Assembly (NCBI GenBank): GCA_053919585.1
Contig: CM132823.1
Length of the DNA: 64,000 bases
Origin: Euprymna scolopes
Lineage: Eukaryota
Direction: 5' to 3' (one strand)
This document shows, piece by piece, positions 1-14,359 of the stretch. The position numbers and the translations under genes were made by a program. Each line of letters starts with the position of its first letter. The stretch's first letter is position 1. The notes under the pieces were generated by a model. The model was not told the DNA's origin, ran no database searches, and saw only the letters and a program-made list of their open reading frames with translations.

Positions 1-3000
1 CCTGATGAAGGAAAACAATGCTCAGGAGATATTGTAACTTGATGCAGGAAAACAATTATCAGGAGATATTTTTACTTGATGAAGGAACACAATGTTCAGG
101 AGATATTTTAATTTGATGAAGGAAAACAATGCTCAGGAGATAATTGAACTTAGAAGAAGGAAAACAATGCTCAGGAGATATTTGAACTTGATGAAAGAAA
201 AACAATGCTCAGGAGATATTTAACTTGATGAAGGAAAACAATGCTCAGGAGGTATTTTAGCATGCTGAAGGAAAACAATGCTCTGGAAATATTTAAACTT
301 GATGAAGGAAAACAATGCTCAGAAAATATTTAAACTTGATGAAAGAAAAAAATGCACAGGGGATATTTGAACTTGATGAACGAAAATAATTCTCAGGAGA
401 TATTTGAACTTGATGAACAAAAACAATGCTCAGGAGATATTTGTACTCGATGCAGGAAAACAATAATCAGGATCTATTTTAACATGATGAAAGAAAATAA
501 TTCTCAGGAGATATTTAAACTTGATGAAGGAAGACATTGCTCACGAGATATTGGAACCTGATTGTGGAAGAAATAATCAGGAGATATTTAAACTTTATGA
601 AGGAAAGCAATGCTCATGAGATATTTGAACTTGATGAAAGAAAGCAATGCGTAGGAGATATTTATACTTGATGAAGGAAAACAATGCTCAGGAAATATTT
701 GAACTTGAGGAAGGAAAACAATGCTCAGGAGATATTTAAACTTCCAGAAGGAAAACAATGATCAGGAGATATTTTAACTTGATAAAGGGAAACAATGCCC
801 ATTAGATATTTTAACTTGATGAAGGAAAACAATGCTCAGGAGGTATTTTAACTCGAGTGAGGAAAACAATGATCAGGAGATATTTGAATTTGATTAAAGA
901 GAACATTTCTCAGGAGATATTTTGCCTTGATAAAGGAAAATAATTCTTAGGAGATATTTTTACTTGATGCAGGTAAACAATGATCAGAGGATATTTTAAC
1001 TTGATGAAGGAAAACAATGTTCAGGAGATATGTGAATTTGATGAAGGAAAACAATGCTCAGTAGATATTTTACTTGATGAAAGAAAACAATGCTCTTGAA
1101 ATATTTTCACTTGATGAAGGAAAACAATGCTCAGCAAATATTTAAACTTGATGAAAGAATATAATGCTCAGGAGATATTTAAACTTGATGAAGGAAAACA
1201 ATTGTCAGGAGATATTTTAACTTGATGAAGGAAAACAATGTCCATTAGATATTGTAAATTGATGAAGGAAGACAATGCTCAGGAGATATTTTTACTTGAT
1301 GAAGGAAAACAATGTTCAGGAGATATTTTAACTTGATAAAGGAAAACAATGCTCAGGAAAGATTTTAACTTGATGAAGGAAATCAATGCCCATGAGATAT
1401 TTGAACTTAATGAAGGAAAACAATGCTCAGGAGATATTTTAACTCGAGTAAGGAAAACAATGATCAGGAGATATTTGAACTTGATTAAAGACAACATTTC
1501 GCAGGAGATATTTTAACTTGATGAAGGAAAATAATCGTCATGAAATATTTTCACTTGATGAAGGAAAACAATGCTTAGGAGATATTTTACCTTGATGAAG
1601 GAAAACAATGCTCAGGAGATATTTGAACCTGATGAAGGAAAACAATGCTCAGGAAATATTTTATCTTGATGCAGGAAAACAATGATCAGGAGATATTTTA
1701 ACTTGATGAAAAAAACAATGTTCAGGAGATATTTGAATTTGATGAAGGAAAACAATGCTCAGGAAATATTTCAACTTGTAGAAGGCCAACAATGCTCAGG
1801 AGATATGTGAACTTGTTGAAGGAAAACAATGCTCAGGATATATTGGAACTTGATGAAAGAAAACAATTCTCAGGATATATGTTTACTTGATGAAGGAAAA
1901 CAATGTTAAGGAGATATTTAAACTTCATGAAGGAAAACAATGCTTAGGAAATATTTTAACTTGATGAAGGAAAACAATGCTTAGGAAATAGTTTAACTTC
2001 ATGAAGGGAAACAATGCCTATTAGATATTTGAACTTGATGAAGGAAAACAATATTCAGGAGATATTTGAACTCGAGTGAAGAAAACAATGATCAGGAGAT
2101 ATTTGAACTGTATTAAAGAAAACATTTCTGCGGAGATATTTTAACTTGATGAAGGAAAATAATGCTCAGGAGATATTTTAAATTGATAAAGAAAAACAAT
2201 GCTCAGGAGATATTTTAACTTGATGAAGGAAACCAATGCTCATGAGATATTGGAACCTGATGAAGGAAAACAATGCTCAGGAGATATTGTAACTTGATGC
2301 AGGAAAACAAAAATCAGGAGATATTTTTACTTGATGAAGAAAAACAATGTTCAGGAGATATTTTAATTTGATGAAGGAAAACAATGCTCAGGAAATATTT
2401 GAACTTGATGAAGGAAAACAATGCTCAGGAGATATTTTACTTGATAAAGGAAAACAATGCTCAGGAGATATTTTTGCTTGATGAAGGAAAACAATGCTCT
2501 GGAAATATTTAAACTTGTAAAGGAAAACAATGCTCAGAAAATATTAAAAGTTGATGAAAGAAAACAATGCTCAGGAGATATTTTAACTTGATGAACGAAA
2601 ATAATGCTCAGGGGATATTTAACTTGATGAAGGAAAACAATGCTCAGGAGGTATTTTAGCTTGATGAAGGAAAACAATGCTCTGGAAATATTTAAACTTG
2701 ATGAAGGAAAACAATGCTCAGAAAATATTTAAACTTGATGAAAGAAAACAATGCACAGGGGATATTTGAACTTGATGAACGAAAATAATTCTCAGGAGAT
2801 ATTTGAACTTGATGAACAAAAACAATGCTCAGGAGATATTTGTACTCGATGCAGGAAAACAATAATCAGGATATATTTTAACATGATGAAAGAAAATAAT
2901 TCTCAGGAGATATTTAAACTTGATGAAGGAAGACATTGCTCACGAGATATTGGAACCTGATTGTGGAAGAAATAATACGGAGATATTTAAACTTTATGAA

Positions 3001-6000
3001 GGAAAGCAATGCTCATGAGATATTTGAACTTGATGAAAGAAAGCAATGCGTAGGAGATATTTTAACTTGATGAAGGAAAACAATGCTCAGAAAATATTTG
3101 AACTTGAGGAAGGAAAACAATGCTCAGGAGATATTTAAACTTCCAGAAGGAAAACAATGCTCAGGAGATATTTTAAATTGATAAAGAAAAACAATGCTCA
3201 GGAGATATTTTAACTTGATGAAGGAAACCAATGCTCATGAGATATTGGAACCTGATGAAGGAAAACAATGCTCAGGAGATATTGTAACTTGATGCAGGAA
3301 AACAAAAATCAGGAGATATTTTTACTTGATGAAGAAAAACAATGTTCAGGAGATATTTTAATTTGATGAAGAAAAACAATGCTCAGGAGATAATTGAACT
3401 TGATGAAGGAAAACAATGCTCAGGAAATATTTGAACTTGATGAAGGAAAACAATGCTCAGGAGATATTTTACTTGATAAAGGAAAACAATGCTCAGGAGA
3501 TATTTTTGCTTGATGAAGGAAAACAATGCTCTGGAAATATTTAAACTTGTAAAGGAAAACAATGCTCAGAAAATATTAAAAGTTGATGAAAGAAAACAAT
3601 GCTCAGGAGATATTTTAACGTGATGAACGAAAATAATGCTCAGGGGATATTTGAACTCGATGCAGGAAAACAATCATCAGGATATATTTTAACTTGATGA
3701 AAGAAAATAATTCTCAGGAGATATTTGAACCTGATTGTGGAAGAAATAATCAGGAGATATTCGAACTTTATGAATGAAACTAATGCTCATGAGATATTTA
3801 AACTTGATGAAAGAAAGCAATGCTTAGGAGATATTTATACTTGCTGAAGGAAAACAATGCTCAGGAAATATTTGAACTTGAGGAAGGAAAACAATGTTCA
3901 GGAGATATTTAAACTTCCTGAAGGAAAACAATTATCAGGATATATTTTAACTTGATGAATCGAAACCATGCCCATTAGATATTTTAACTGGATGAAGGAA
4001 AACAATGCTCAGGAGGTATTTGAATTTGATTAAAGAGAACATTTTTCAGGAGATATTTTGACTTGATAAAGGAAAATAATGCTTAGGAGATATTTTAAAT
4101 TGATGAAGGAAAACAATGCTCAGGAGATATTTTAAATTGATGAAAGAAAACAATGCTCAGGAAATATTTTAACTTGATGCAGGAATACAATGATCAAAAG
4201 ATATTTGAACTTGATAAAGGAAAACAATGTTCAGGAGATATGTGAATTTGATGAAGAAAAACAATGCTCAGGAGATATATGAACTTGATGAAGGCATACA
4301 ATGCTCAGGAGATATTTTTACTTGATGAAGGAAAACAATGTTCAGGAGATATTTAAACTTGATAAAGGAAAACAATGCTCAGGAAAGATGTTAACTTGAT
4401 GAAGGAAATCAATGCCCATGAGATATTTGAACTTGATTAAAGAAAACAATGCTCAGGAGATATTTTAACTCGAGTAAGGAAAACAATGATCAGGAGATAT
4501 TTGAACTTGATTAAAGACAACATTTCTCAGGAGATATTTTAACTTGATGAAGGAAAATAATGGTCAGGAGATATTTTAACTTGATGAAGGAAAACAATGC
4601 TCAGGAGATATTTTAACTTGATGAAGGAAAACAATGCTCAGGAGATATTTCAACCTGATGAAGGAAAACAATTCTCAGGATATATTTTAACTTGATGCAG
4701 GAAAACTATGCTCAGGAGATATTTTAACTTGATTAAGGAAAACAATGTTCAGGAGATATTTGAATTTGATGAAGGAAAACAATGCTCAGGAAATATTTCA
4801 ACTTGATGAGGGCCAACAATTCTCAGGAGATATTTGAACTTGATGAAGGAAAACAATGCTCAGGTGATATTTGAACTTGATGAAGGAAAACAATGCTCAG
4901 GAGATATTTGAACTTGATAAAGGAAAACAATGATCAGGAGATATTTGAACATTGTGAAGGAAAGCAATGCTCAGGATATATTGAAACTTGATGAAAGAAA
5001 ACAATGCTCAGGGTATATTTTTACTTGATGAAGGAAAAAAATGTTCAGGAGATATTTAAACTTGATGAAGGAAAACAATTCTCAGGAAATATTTTAACTT
5101 GATGAAGGAAAACAATGCTTAGGAAATATTTTAACTTGATGAAGGGAAACAATGCTCAGGAGATATTTGAACTCGAGTGAGGAAAACAATGATCAGGAGA
5201 TATTTTAACTGTATAAAATAAAACATTTCTGAGGAGATATTTTAACTTGATGAAGGAAAAAAATGCTCAGGAGATATTTTAAATTGATGAAGGAAAACAA
5301 TGCTCAGGAGATATTTGAACTTTATGAAGGAAACCAATGATCAGAAGATATTGGAACCTGATGAAGGAAAACAATGCTCAGGAGATATTGTAACTTGATG
5401 CAGGAAAACAATGATCAGGAGATATTTTTACCTGATGAAGGAAAACAATGTTCAGGAGATATTTGAATTTAATGAAGGAAAAAAATGCTCAGGAGATAAT
5501 TGAACTTGATGAAGGAAAACAATGCTCAGGAGATATTTGAACTTTGTGAAGGAAAACAATGCTCAGGAGATATTTAACTTGATGAAGGAAAACAATGCTC
5601 AGGAGATATTTTAGCTTTATGAAGGAAAACAATGCTCCGGAAATATTTAAACTTTATGAAGGAAAACAATGCTCAGAAAATATTTAAACTTGATGGAAGA
5701 AAACAATGCTCAGGAGATATTTGTAACTTGATGAAAGAAAATAATGCTCAGGAGATATTTTAACTTGATGAACGAAAACAATGTTCAGGAGATATTTGAA
5801 CTCGATGGAGGAAATCAATGATCAGGATATATTTTAACTTGATGAAAGAAAATAATTCTCAGGAGATATTTGAACTTGATGAAGGAAAAGATTGCTCACG
5901 AGATATTTTAACCTGATTGTGGTAGAAATAATCAGGAGATATTTAACTTGATGAAGGAAAACAATTCTCAGGAGATATTTGAACTTGATGAGGGAAAATA

Positions 6001-7980
6001 ATCGTCAGGAAATATTTTAACTTGATTCAGGAAAACAATGTTCAGAAGATATTTGAACTTGATTAAGGAAAACAATGCTCAGGACATATTTGAACTTGAG
6101 GAAGGAAAATAATTCTCAGGAGATATTTAAACTTCCTGAAGGAAAACAATTCTCAGGAGATATTTTAACTTGATGAAGGAAAACAATGCTCAGGAGATAT
6201 TTGAACTTGATGAAGGAAAGCAATGCTCAGGAGATATTTAAACTTGCTAAGGAAAACAATGCTCAGAAAATATTTTAGCTTGATGAAGGGAAACAATGCC
6301 CATTAGATATTTTAACTTGATGAAAGAAAACAACGCTCAGGAGGTATTTGAACTCGAGTGAGGAAATCAATGATCAGGAGATATTTTAATTTGATGAAAG
6401 AGAACATTTCTCAGGAGATATTTTAACTTGATAAAGGAAAATAATGCTCAGGAGATATTTTAAATTGATGAAGGAAAACAATGCTCAGGAGATATTTTCA
6501 ATTGATTAAGCAAAACAATGCTCAGGAGATATTTTAAATTGATGAAAGAAAACAATGCTCAGGAAATATTTTAACTTGATGCAGGAAAACAATGATCAGG
6601 AGATATTTTAACTTGATGAAGGAAAACAATGTTCAGGAGATATGTGAATTTAATGAAGGCATACAATGCTCAGGAGATATTTCAACTTGATGAAGGAAAA
6701 CAATGCTCAGGAGATATTTTAACTTGATGAAGGAAAACAATGCTCAGAAAATATTTAAACTTGATGAATGAAAACAATGCTCAGGAGATATTTTAACTCG
6801 ATGGAGGAAAACAATTATCAAGAGATATTTGAACTTGATGAAAGAAAAAAATTCTCAGGAGATATTTGAACTTGATGAAGGTAAACATTGCTCACGAGAT
6901 ATTTTAATCTGATGGTTGAAGAAATGCTCAGGAGATATATCAACTTTCTGAAGGAAAGCAATGCTCAGGAGATATTTTAACTTGATGAAAGAAAGCAATG
7001 CTTAGGAGATATGTAAACTTGATGGGGGAAAACAATTCTCAGGAGATATTTGAACTTGATGAAGGAAAACAATGCTTAGGAAATATTTGAACTTCATTAA
7101 GGAAAACAATGCTCAGGAGATATTTTAGCTGGATGAAGGAAAACAATGCTCAGGAGATATTTTTACTTGATGAAGGAAAGCAATATTCAGGAGATATTTT
7201 AACTTTATAAAGGAAAACAATACTCAGGAAATGTTTTAATTTGATGAAGGAAACAATGCCAATGAGATATTTGAACTTGATGAAGGAAAACAATGCTCAG
7301 GAGATAGTTTAACTCGAGTAAGGAAAACAATGATCAGGAGATATTGGAACGTGATTAAAGAAAACATTTCTCAGGATATATTTTAACCTGATTAAGGAAA
7401 ATAATGTTCAGGAGATATTTTAACTTGATGAAGGAAAACAATGCTTAGGAGATATTTTAACTTGATGAAGGAAAACAATGCTCAGCAGATATTTGAACCT
7501 GATGAAGGAAAACAATGCTCAGGAAATATTTTAACTTGATGCAGGAAAACAATGATCAGGAGATATTTTAACTTGATAAAGGAAAACAATGTTCAGGAGA
7601 TATTTGAATTGGATGGAGGAAAACAATGCTCAGGAAATATTTCAACTTGATGAAGGCCAACAATGCTAAGGTGATATTTGAACTTTATGAAGGAAAACAA
7701 TGCTCAGGAGATATTTGAACTTGATGAAAGAAAACAATGCTCAGGAGGTATTAAAACTTGATGAATGAAAACAATTTTCATGAGATATTTTAACTTGATG
7801 AAGGAAAACAATGTTAAGGAGGTATTTGAACTTGATGAAGGAAAACAATGCTCAGGAGATATTTGAACTTGATGAAGGAAAACAATGCTCAGGAGATATT
7901 TCAACTTGATGAAGGAAAACAATGCTCAGGAGGTATTTGAACTTGATGAAGGAAAACAATGCTCAGGAGATATTTCCACT
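1..7980. repeat. 37-bp satellite array (about 215 units), consensus CTTGATGAAGGAAAACAATGCTCAGGAGATATTT(G/T)AA
   Basis: Continuous 37-nt periodicity from the window start to an abrupt end near 7980. ORFs 352, 1279, 2751 and 7704 are translations of the repeat. Confidence 0.98.
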
Positions 7981-8292
7981 TATGTTTAAGCTCGTAACAA
8001 TTTATGCCACTATACGTGTCACAACTACAACAGTGGAAAGAACATTCTCTAACTCAAGCTGGTTTAGATAAAGCTGTGCAATCCGTACATTGAGGAGTGG
8101 TTATCTCATATATTATTGCTAACAATTGAAAAGAATATCAAAATCAACAACAGTGAAGTTATGGGCATATTTAAAGAAGTGGCATAGAGAATGCTTCTTT
8201 TATAAATATAAAATAAGATCTGGTTAATAGCATATTGTATTATGCATATGGATTGATTTTCTTGCAGCCATGTATAAATATTAAATAAATAA

Positions 8293-9527
8293 ATATTTAG
8301 TGTGCATTAATTTGAATATCATTGAGGCTTCACTCCAAAATGAGGTAATAAAAAACTTGTAATCGAGATGACAGAAAAGTCGAATTCTGAGAACCAAACT
8401 GAACAGGTCGGAATTTACAATGACGTTTGCATGCTAACTAGAATACATTTTTTTAATTGTAAGCTATTTCGGACGGAAATATGAAGTCGATGCGACCAAG
8501 ACGAAAGGGGAATTTTTGAAAATTGAAAGTATTGAAAAAGGGAGATTAAACGAGTTGCGTTGAACTTTAAAAATTGAAAGCATCAATAGATGGAAATATT
8601 AAAATGATTCGTGTCAAACATAGAAAATTTAAAGGGTCAAGAAATGGAAGATTGAAATGTGATTCGTGTCAGACTTTGAATCGTCATCTTATAATAGTGT
8701 ATTAGGATTCGATTGAATTTTTGTGTTTGAAAAGCTAAAAGTGTCTAGCAATGTTTGAGAAACTGGTATTCTCTAATAGTGTTTGAGAAGCTAGTAGCGT
8801 CCAGCAGTGTTTTAGAAGCTAGTAGTGTCTAGAAAAATTTGAGAAGCTAGTAGTATCTTACTGTAAAAAATTTGAGAAGCTAGTAGTATCTTACTGTATT
8901 TGAAGGGCTAGTAGTGTTTAGCAATGTTTGAGAAACTGGTAGTGCCTAACAGTGTTTGAGAGGCTAGTAGAGAGTAACAGTGTTTGAGTGGCTAATAATG
9001 TGTGGTGGTTTGGATACTAGTAGTGTCTAGTGGTGTTTGGGATACTAATAGTGTCTAGTGGTGTTTGGGATACTTGTAGTGTCTAGTGGTGTTTGGGATA
9101 ATAGTAGTGTCTAGTGGTGTTTGGGATACTAGTAGTGTCTAGTGGTGTTTGAGAAGCTAATAATCTTTAGCAGTGATTGAGAGGCTAGCAGAGCCTCGTG
9201 TTGTTTGAAAAGCTAGCAGAGCCTAGCATTGTTTTAAAAGCTAGCAGATTCTAGCAGTATTTGTGAGGTTAGCAGAGTCTAACGGTGTTGGAAGTTGATG
9301 TGATTGCCAATCATGGCATGGGGTTATGAGGTTATCTTTAAGGACTAGAGGGTAATGTAGTTTGACATGCATTAATTTGCATATCAATGAGGCTTTGCCC
9401 CCAAAATGACGTAATAAATAAACTGAAATCGAGATGACAGGAGAATCGAGTTCTGAGAACCGTACTGAACAGGTTGGAATTTATAATGCCGTTTGAATAC
9501 CGACTACAATACATTTCTTTTCAATTA
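8293..9527 (+). mobile_element. Non-autonomous TRIM-like LTR element
   Basis: Diverged direct repeats of about 170 bp at ~8293-8461 and ~9356-9527 (gcattaatttg..atcgagatgacag..ttctgagaacc..ctgaacagg..aataca). AGCTATTTCGG follows the first repeat (8462-8472). A purine-rich tract precedes the TGTAG start of the second repeat. No ORF. Outer boundaries approximate. Confidence 0.7.
8735..9290. repeat. 28-bp minisatellite (agtagtgtctagtggtgtttgggatact and variants) inside the TRIM-like element
   Basis: Tandem periodicity, best conserved at 9019-9150. Confidence 0.9.
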
Positions 9528-9719
9528 TATTTTTCTTTAAATAAATCGCCACAGTTCTGCTGATAATCAGTACAACACACTTTATGTTCGTTACTATATT
9601 TTGCCCTGTTTTTCGCTTTAACATTTGCCCTGAAAAAGTTTTCTGTGCGTCACTGTTGAGGACACGGGTTGCATGGAGAAAAATGATGTGACAAAGATGA
9701 TGTAAATGATGTGACAAAG

Positions 9720-9996
9720 ATATGATGGATGTGTAAATGATGTCTAAAGACAGACTTAGATCTGATGAATTTAGAGAAAGATTAAATTTGGATAGGAAAA
9801 TGCATGCTAAACAGTAGGCTTCTATGGTATGATCATGTTTATAGAATGGATAAGAGTTCTTTGGTCAGTAGACGTAAAAACATTGAGATAGCAAAGTCAA
9901 CCGAAAGGGTAAGGTCAAGGAAAACATGGGAGGAAATGAAAAGGATGGACTTAGTTTGAAAGGGGTTATTGTTGTTTTTGTTGGTGTTGTCATTTT

Positions 9997-10036
<40 letters not shown>

Positions 10037-10037
10037 G
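9720..10037 (+). mobile_element. RTE-like LINE 3' fragment followed by (TTG)n microsatellite
   Basis: Degenerate translation LxWYxHVxRM...RxRxRKTWxE, typical of the RTE-type C-terminus. (TTG)n at ~9999-10037. Confidence 0.55.
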
Positions 10038-10077
10038 CTATAACAGTATTCTTCCAAAACATAAAAAGAAAACTTAC

Positions 10078-10279
10078 CTGATGTCCAGTTAAAAGAAAAT
10101 CTCTCTTCAGTCACATTTTTGGTTGTATAAAATTTCACAAAGACAAAGTTGTTTATACTATAAAACTGGTTTGATTCCGAGTGAATCGGTCGTCCAATGA
10201 TAGAATGGTCGGATGCACCGCTTCCTCCGCTCCAGATTTCTAAATAGTCATTCGCCATGTTCGCTTTGCTCAGATTAAA
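10078..10279 (-). CDS. Host gene exon: C-terminal half of CUB domain (FNLSKANMANDYLEIWSGG...FYSINNFVFVKFYTT...FSFNWTS)
   Basis: Acceptor ttttag, donor GTAAGT, 202 nt, phase 0 to 1. CUB motifs DYLEI and VKF..F..W. Ends in a donor, so the gene continues leftward. Confidence 0.9.
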
Positions 10280-10881
10280 CTAAAAACAGAAAAATTAATG
10301 ATGAAACGAATTCCTATATTTTTGTATAATGTTATCCCCATTGGTTTTGTATTACACTATTTTCTTTCTTTACTCGTTTTTTTTTTGTAATATTATTTCG
10401 TTTCTTTTTCATGTAATTCGCTCCAGACAAGGCATTAAGCCACTTGATGTAAGGAGCTAACAAAATGCTACTTCAAGTTCAAAAACCTACCAACGATAAG
10501 TGTTTGAATAGATTCTGACACAAAAAATAGTAATTCTTCCCGCTTTGTCAGAAAAATCGCTCATGGAATTTAAGAATCAAGACAAAATAAAGGTTATGCA
10601 GTTGTTCAAAGTAAACCCAGGATCACCTTTTCATGTAAAAGCTATACTCTTTCTTAACTGGTTCTTGTATTACATTATCCTCTTTCTTTACAGGTACCCA
10701 AACTGTGAAAGATACTTTAGCAAAAATAAAGAAAAATAAAAGAAGCAAAGTTGTTTTTTTAGCTTACAATTTATTTCTAGTGCAATGCCAAAAGTCCTTG
10801 ATATACTCTTACAGCTTTAAAAGCTTTCAAATATATTGAAAAAAATTTTTTTTTTCTTTAAAGATGATGCTAATGCCTTAC

Positions 10882-10991
10882 AGATACAATCACCTCCTTA
10901 GCTGAATTCTGCGGGGAGCAAAAGTCAGAACGTCCTTTCACTTTGATCATCAAGTATGACTGATCTTTTTCTCTCTCCTCTCTCAAAAAGT
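10882..10991 (-). CDS. Candidate alternative exon (xFLREEREKDQSYLMIKVKGRSDFCSPQNSAKEVIVS)
   Basis: T-rich tract plus ttgcag acceptor, GTAAGG donor, open frame, phase 1 to 0 (same phases as exon 15756-15883). No recognisable domain. Confidence 0.25.
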
Positions 10992-12489
10992 CTGCAACTT
11001 TAAAAAAAATAGTACTCAATCAGCATACCACAAAATAAAAACAATGATATGCTTATACTTTTAATCTTATCTCAACTATGAAAGTATCATAACAATCACA
11101 GTCATATTCCAAATATGACGTCTATCTTGGACTCCTGATTTTAATCTTATTGTTACAATATTTTGGCATAATGGAACAGCGGTTATTTACTTGCTTCCAA
11201 CCACAACAAAATGTGACACAAGCCCAGAAGGTGTGAAGATTCAATTCAGTGTCCCTAAAGAAGGAGCACTCTGACCTCGTAAAAATTGCCTGGATAACCC
11301 CTCCAACCAAAAGCTAGGTGACAAGGCCTAATATGGTGGACTTCTTCAGGGCGGTATACCTCAGTCCAACATGCAATGGGTCATGTCAATGGCCTAGCAC
11401 ATGTCGGGCTGATTTTTGAGAACGAATCCTTGAAGTAACAAGTAGACCACTTTCACTCAATAAAATAGTGGAAGGTTATGACCCCAAAGATTCGGACAAT
11501 TACATTTATAACCAGGGGCTGTAAGAACAAACCAATCAGATATCAGAATCGCTTTATAATATACTGAATCTCTTGGAATTCTTCAGTTATAGTTTTCCAT
11601 CTTGTAACAAAAAAAGAACAAATGTTTGCTGATCTTGACTGGTTTATATTAACTTTTTACCTGGAATTCTTTACAATTCAAAGCTCGTTTGACTATTGAT
11701 GCTTCTAGTTTTTGTTTAAAACAACTATATTTAAACTACACTTGCATCCTTACAAAACGGTTGATTGATCTAAATGGCATTTTTTATCACTAAACTCGCA
11801 CATTGAATAGACCCATCTTTTTTTAGATGCATTACGAACTTTCATAAGAGGTACTGTCTGCTTCACTATAAAATAATAGGATGATATTCATTCAATTGTC
11901 GACTGATAAAATGTAGAAATTATATTCGAAGCTAAGCGCTGAAAGTTGAACAGGAAGCGACAGCTTTTGAAGAGAAGAAATAACAACAGTGTATATTAAT
12001 TTAACAATTTTACTTAGTCAAGTAATAAAAAATAGTACACAATAGAAAAGAGTGGATGTATATAATTAGGGTTTGCAAATACATGTTACTGCAAGAACAT
12101 ATGATGAAGACTGTTTAGATGTGCACACGTTTTCTCCAACAACTCTTTCTGTCATGGTTTTCATTATAATGCAGCCACCATTGTATTCTTTCTAAAATTT
12201 TATTTGAAAGAAATTGTGCTTTTATTGTTTTCAATTGCATCCATGATGAACAATAATAAGAATCGATAATTGAACACAAGTAATTTGAGATGAAATTGAA
12301 AGGAAATTTAAATTGTGCCATGGAATTTCTATTAAAATGTATCATCATTAAAATTAATTTGAATTTTCTCATTGTTACCGTATCGATTTCTATAATAAAC
12401 CACCGCTCCCTTTTTTATATATAAATAGATAGAATTTATTGAAAAGAACTTTAACGTTACAGACTGATTAATTGATTAGCACCTCGCCC

Positions 12490-13260
12490 CGAAAAACGGC
12501 TTCTTATAAAAAATGCAAGAATAAGTTTTAAAAATACAAGTTTCATTTGTTCATTTCACATCAATGAACATATTTTAAAACATTTTAGAAACACATCTGT
12601 TCTGGAGCATACCTCCAAGAACAAGCAAAAGAACAAATAGGGTGCAGAAAAGTGTGCTTAGGACCTGTTGCTGATTAATAAGACCATACTTGTTGACTGT
12701 AGGAAGAAGTTGATGAACCTAAGTATAGCTTCGATTGATTACCAAAAGATATATGATAACACTACTGGGGAGCCTTGATAATTTATGAGATCCTTCCAGT
12801 AATCAAGGAAACCATGGATGTACATATAAAAATGTGGCAAACAACAGTGGCATTAGACCACACTAACAGAACTATAAAAAATCTCTAACGTCAAGATCAG
12901 AAGGAATCTCCCAAAAGAATAGTCTATCTCCTCTGCTCTTCTGTTTGGCGATAGATGCGTTAAGCAAGTTACCCAATAAAAACTGGAGTACCTACAATCT
13001 GAGTTAGAGCCGCCAACAAGACTCAAATAAAAGAGTCAACCACTTCAAGTATGACTTCAAGCCAATTCAGATGCTGACTTAATTTGACTTTTGCAGGTAG
13101 TGCATAACTTCTCCAGAGATATTGGAATGAAATGTGGTTTGGACAAATGTGCCAATGGATCCATCAGAGCTGGCAAAAAGGCCCAAAAAGCAAACACAAC
13201 TTGATGAAAATACTGACATCAAGGACGTATGAGAGCAAGAAAAATACAAATACCTTGTGG
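12490..13260 (+). mobile_element. Decayed R4/Dong-like non-LTR retrotransposon RT fragment
   Basis: Broken motifs EQxGCRK, DLLLINK, IDYQKxYD, SLSPLLFCLA, DIGMKxGLDKCA. Confidence 0.7.
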
Positions 13261-14359
13261 GTTCATACCGTAACTTAATGTTATTAGTTTATAATTGATT
13301 ATGATTCACTGGCGAGAAAGGAATATCTGATACACTAAGTGTTCCATTTGGTGAAAATATGTGCATTTCTAGCAGATTTTGTCAAAAGAGATAGCCTTTG
13401 ACCTCACCTCGCTTTAATCACGGTAGCTTCACTGGGTCGATTTCAGTTTGCAGCCAGGCTATGATGACACATACTTATGTAACCTTCATCAAAATTCATA
13501 CAAAAATCCTAAATTCGAGAGAATATTTTGTGGACATCTTCTCGATGTTGTTCTTTGGGTTTATTTTGTATTAGTGATAGAACGATTGATAAAATGGAAA
13601 CAAAACAAAAACAAAAAAAATGGCAGTGTTAAACCGTTCTCTTGTTGGTACAACACACGAGAGTCTTTTTTTCCTTTCTTTCCTCTACTTGCAACAAATC
13701 CTCGTGTATTCGATATTATCTTCCACTGTTCGTTCTCGTTCTAAGTTGTTCAACAAAAGACTCCACTCAACTCCCATGCTTAAGAATTCGTCTCATTTGC
13801 AGTTACAAATTGTTTACATATGCAAATTAATGACATACGTTCACCAATGAACGACCTACAAAATTATGCTTGTCTTTTCTTTTCTACATTTTCTACTGGC
13901 ATTGTACAGGCTAAGCAAACACGAAGTCGTTTGCAAGAATGATGATTTCTATTACACGATTCAATATTTTTCCCGATTCCGATACAATTACCGATTCTGA
14001 TTTTTTTTACAAATCTAAATATTTAACCATGAAGTTGTAATTTCCTCCTGATTATCGTAGAAACACACGTTAAATGTGCATATATTTTCATAAACCAAAA
14101 AGCACACTTGTGGGGGAGAGGATCTATAGATTTTAGCTTTAGTTGTAGTTTAAAATCAATGCATATTTATTATTTTATTATTATTACTACGAGCAGTGAA
14201 AGATTTGAATTTTAAGCAAAATCAAATAAATCAAAGAAAAAAGATAATTAAAGGAATCGTTTTTGGCATTGGAATATAGGCACACATTTTTCCGATTTCG
14301 ATACCCTAAATGTTTCGATTTTACTGATTCCCGATTCCGATTTCGATTAATCGTCAGCG

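Noticed and set aside
1-7980. CRISPR array or repeat-protein gene (37-bp unit; ORFs 352, 1279, 2751, 7704)
   Set aside because: Units are contiguous with no unique spacers, there are no cas genes, the context is eukaryotic, and the period is not a multiple of 3 with frequent stops.
12085-12192. Possible exon KEYNGGCIIMK... between the two CUB halves
   Set aside because: Weak donor, and the CUB domain is complete without it.
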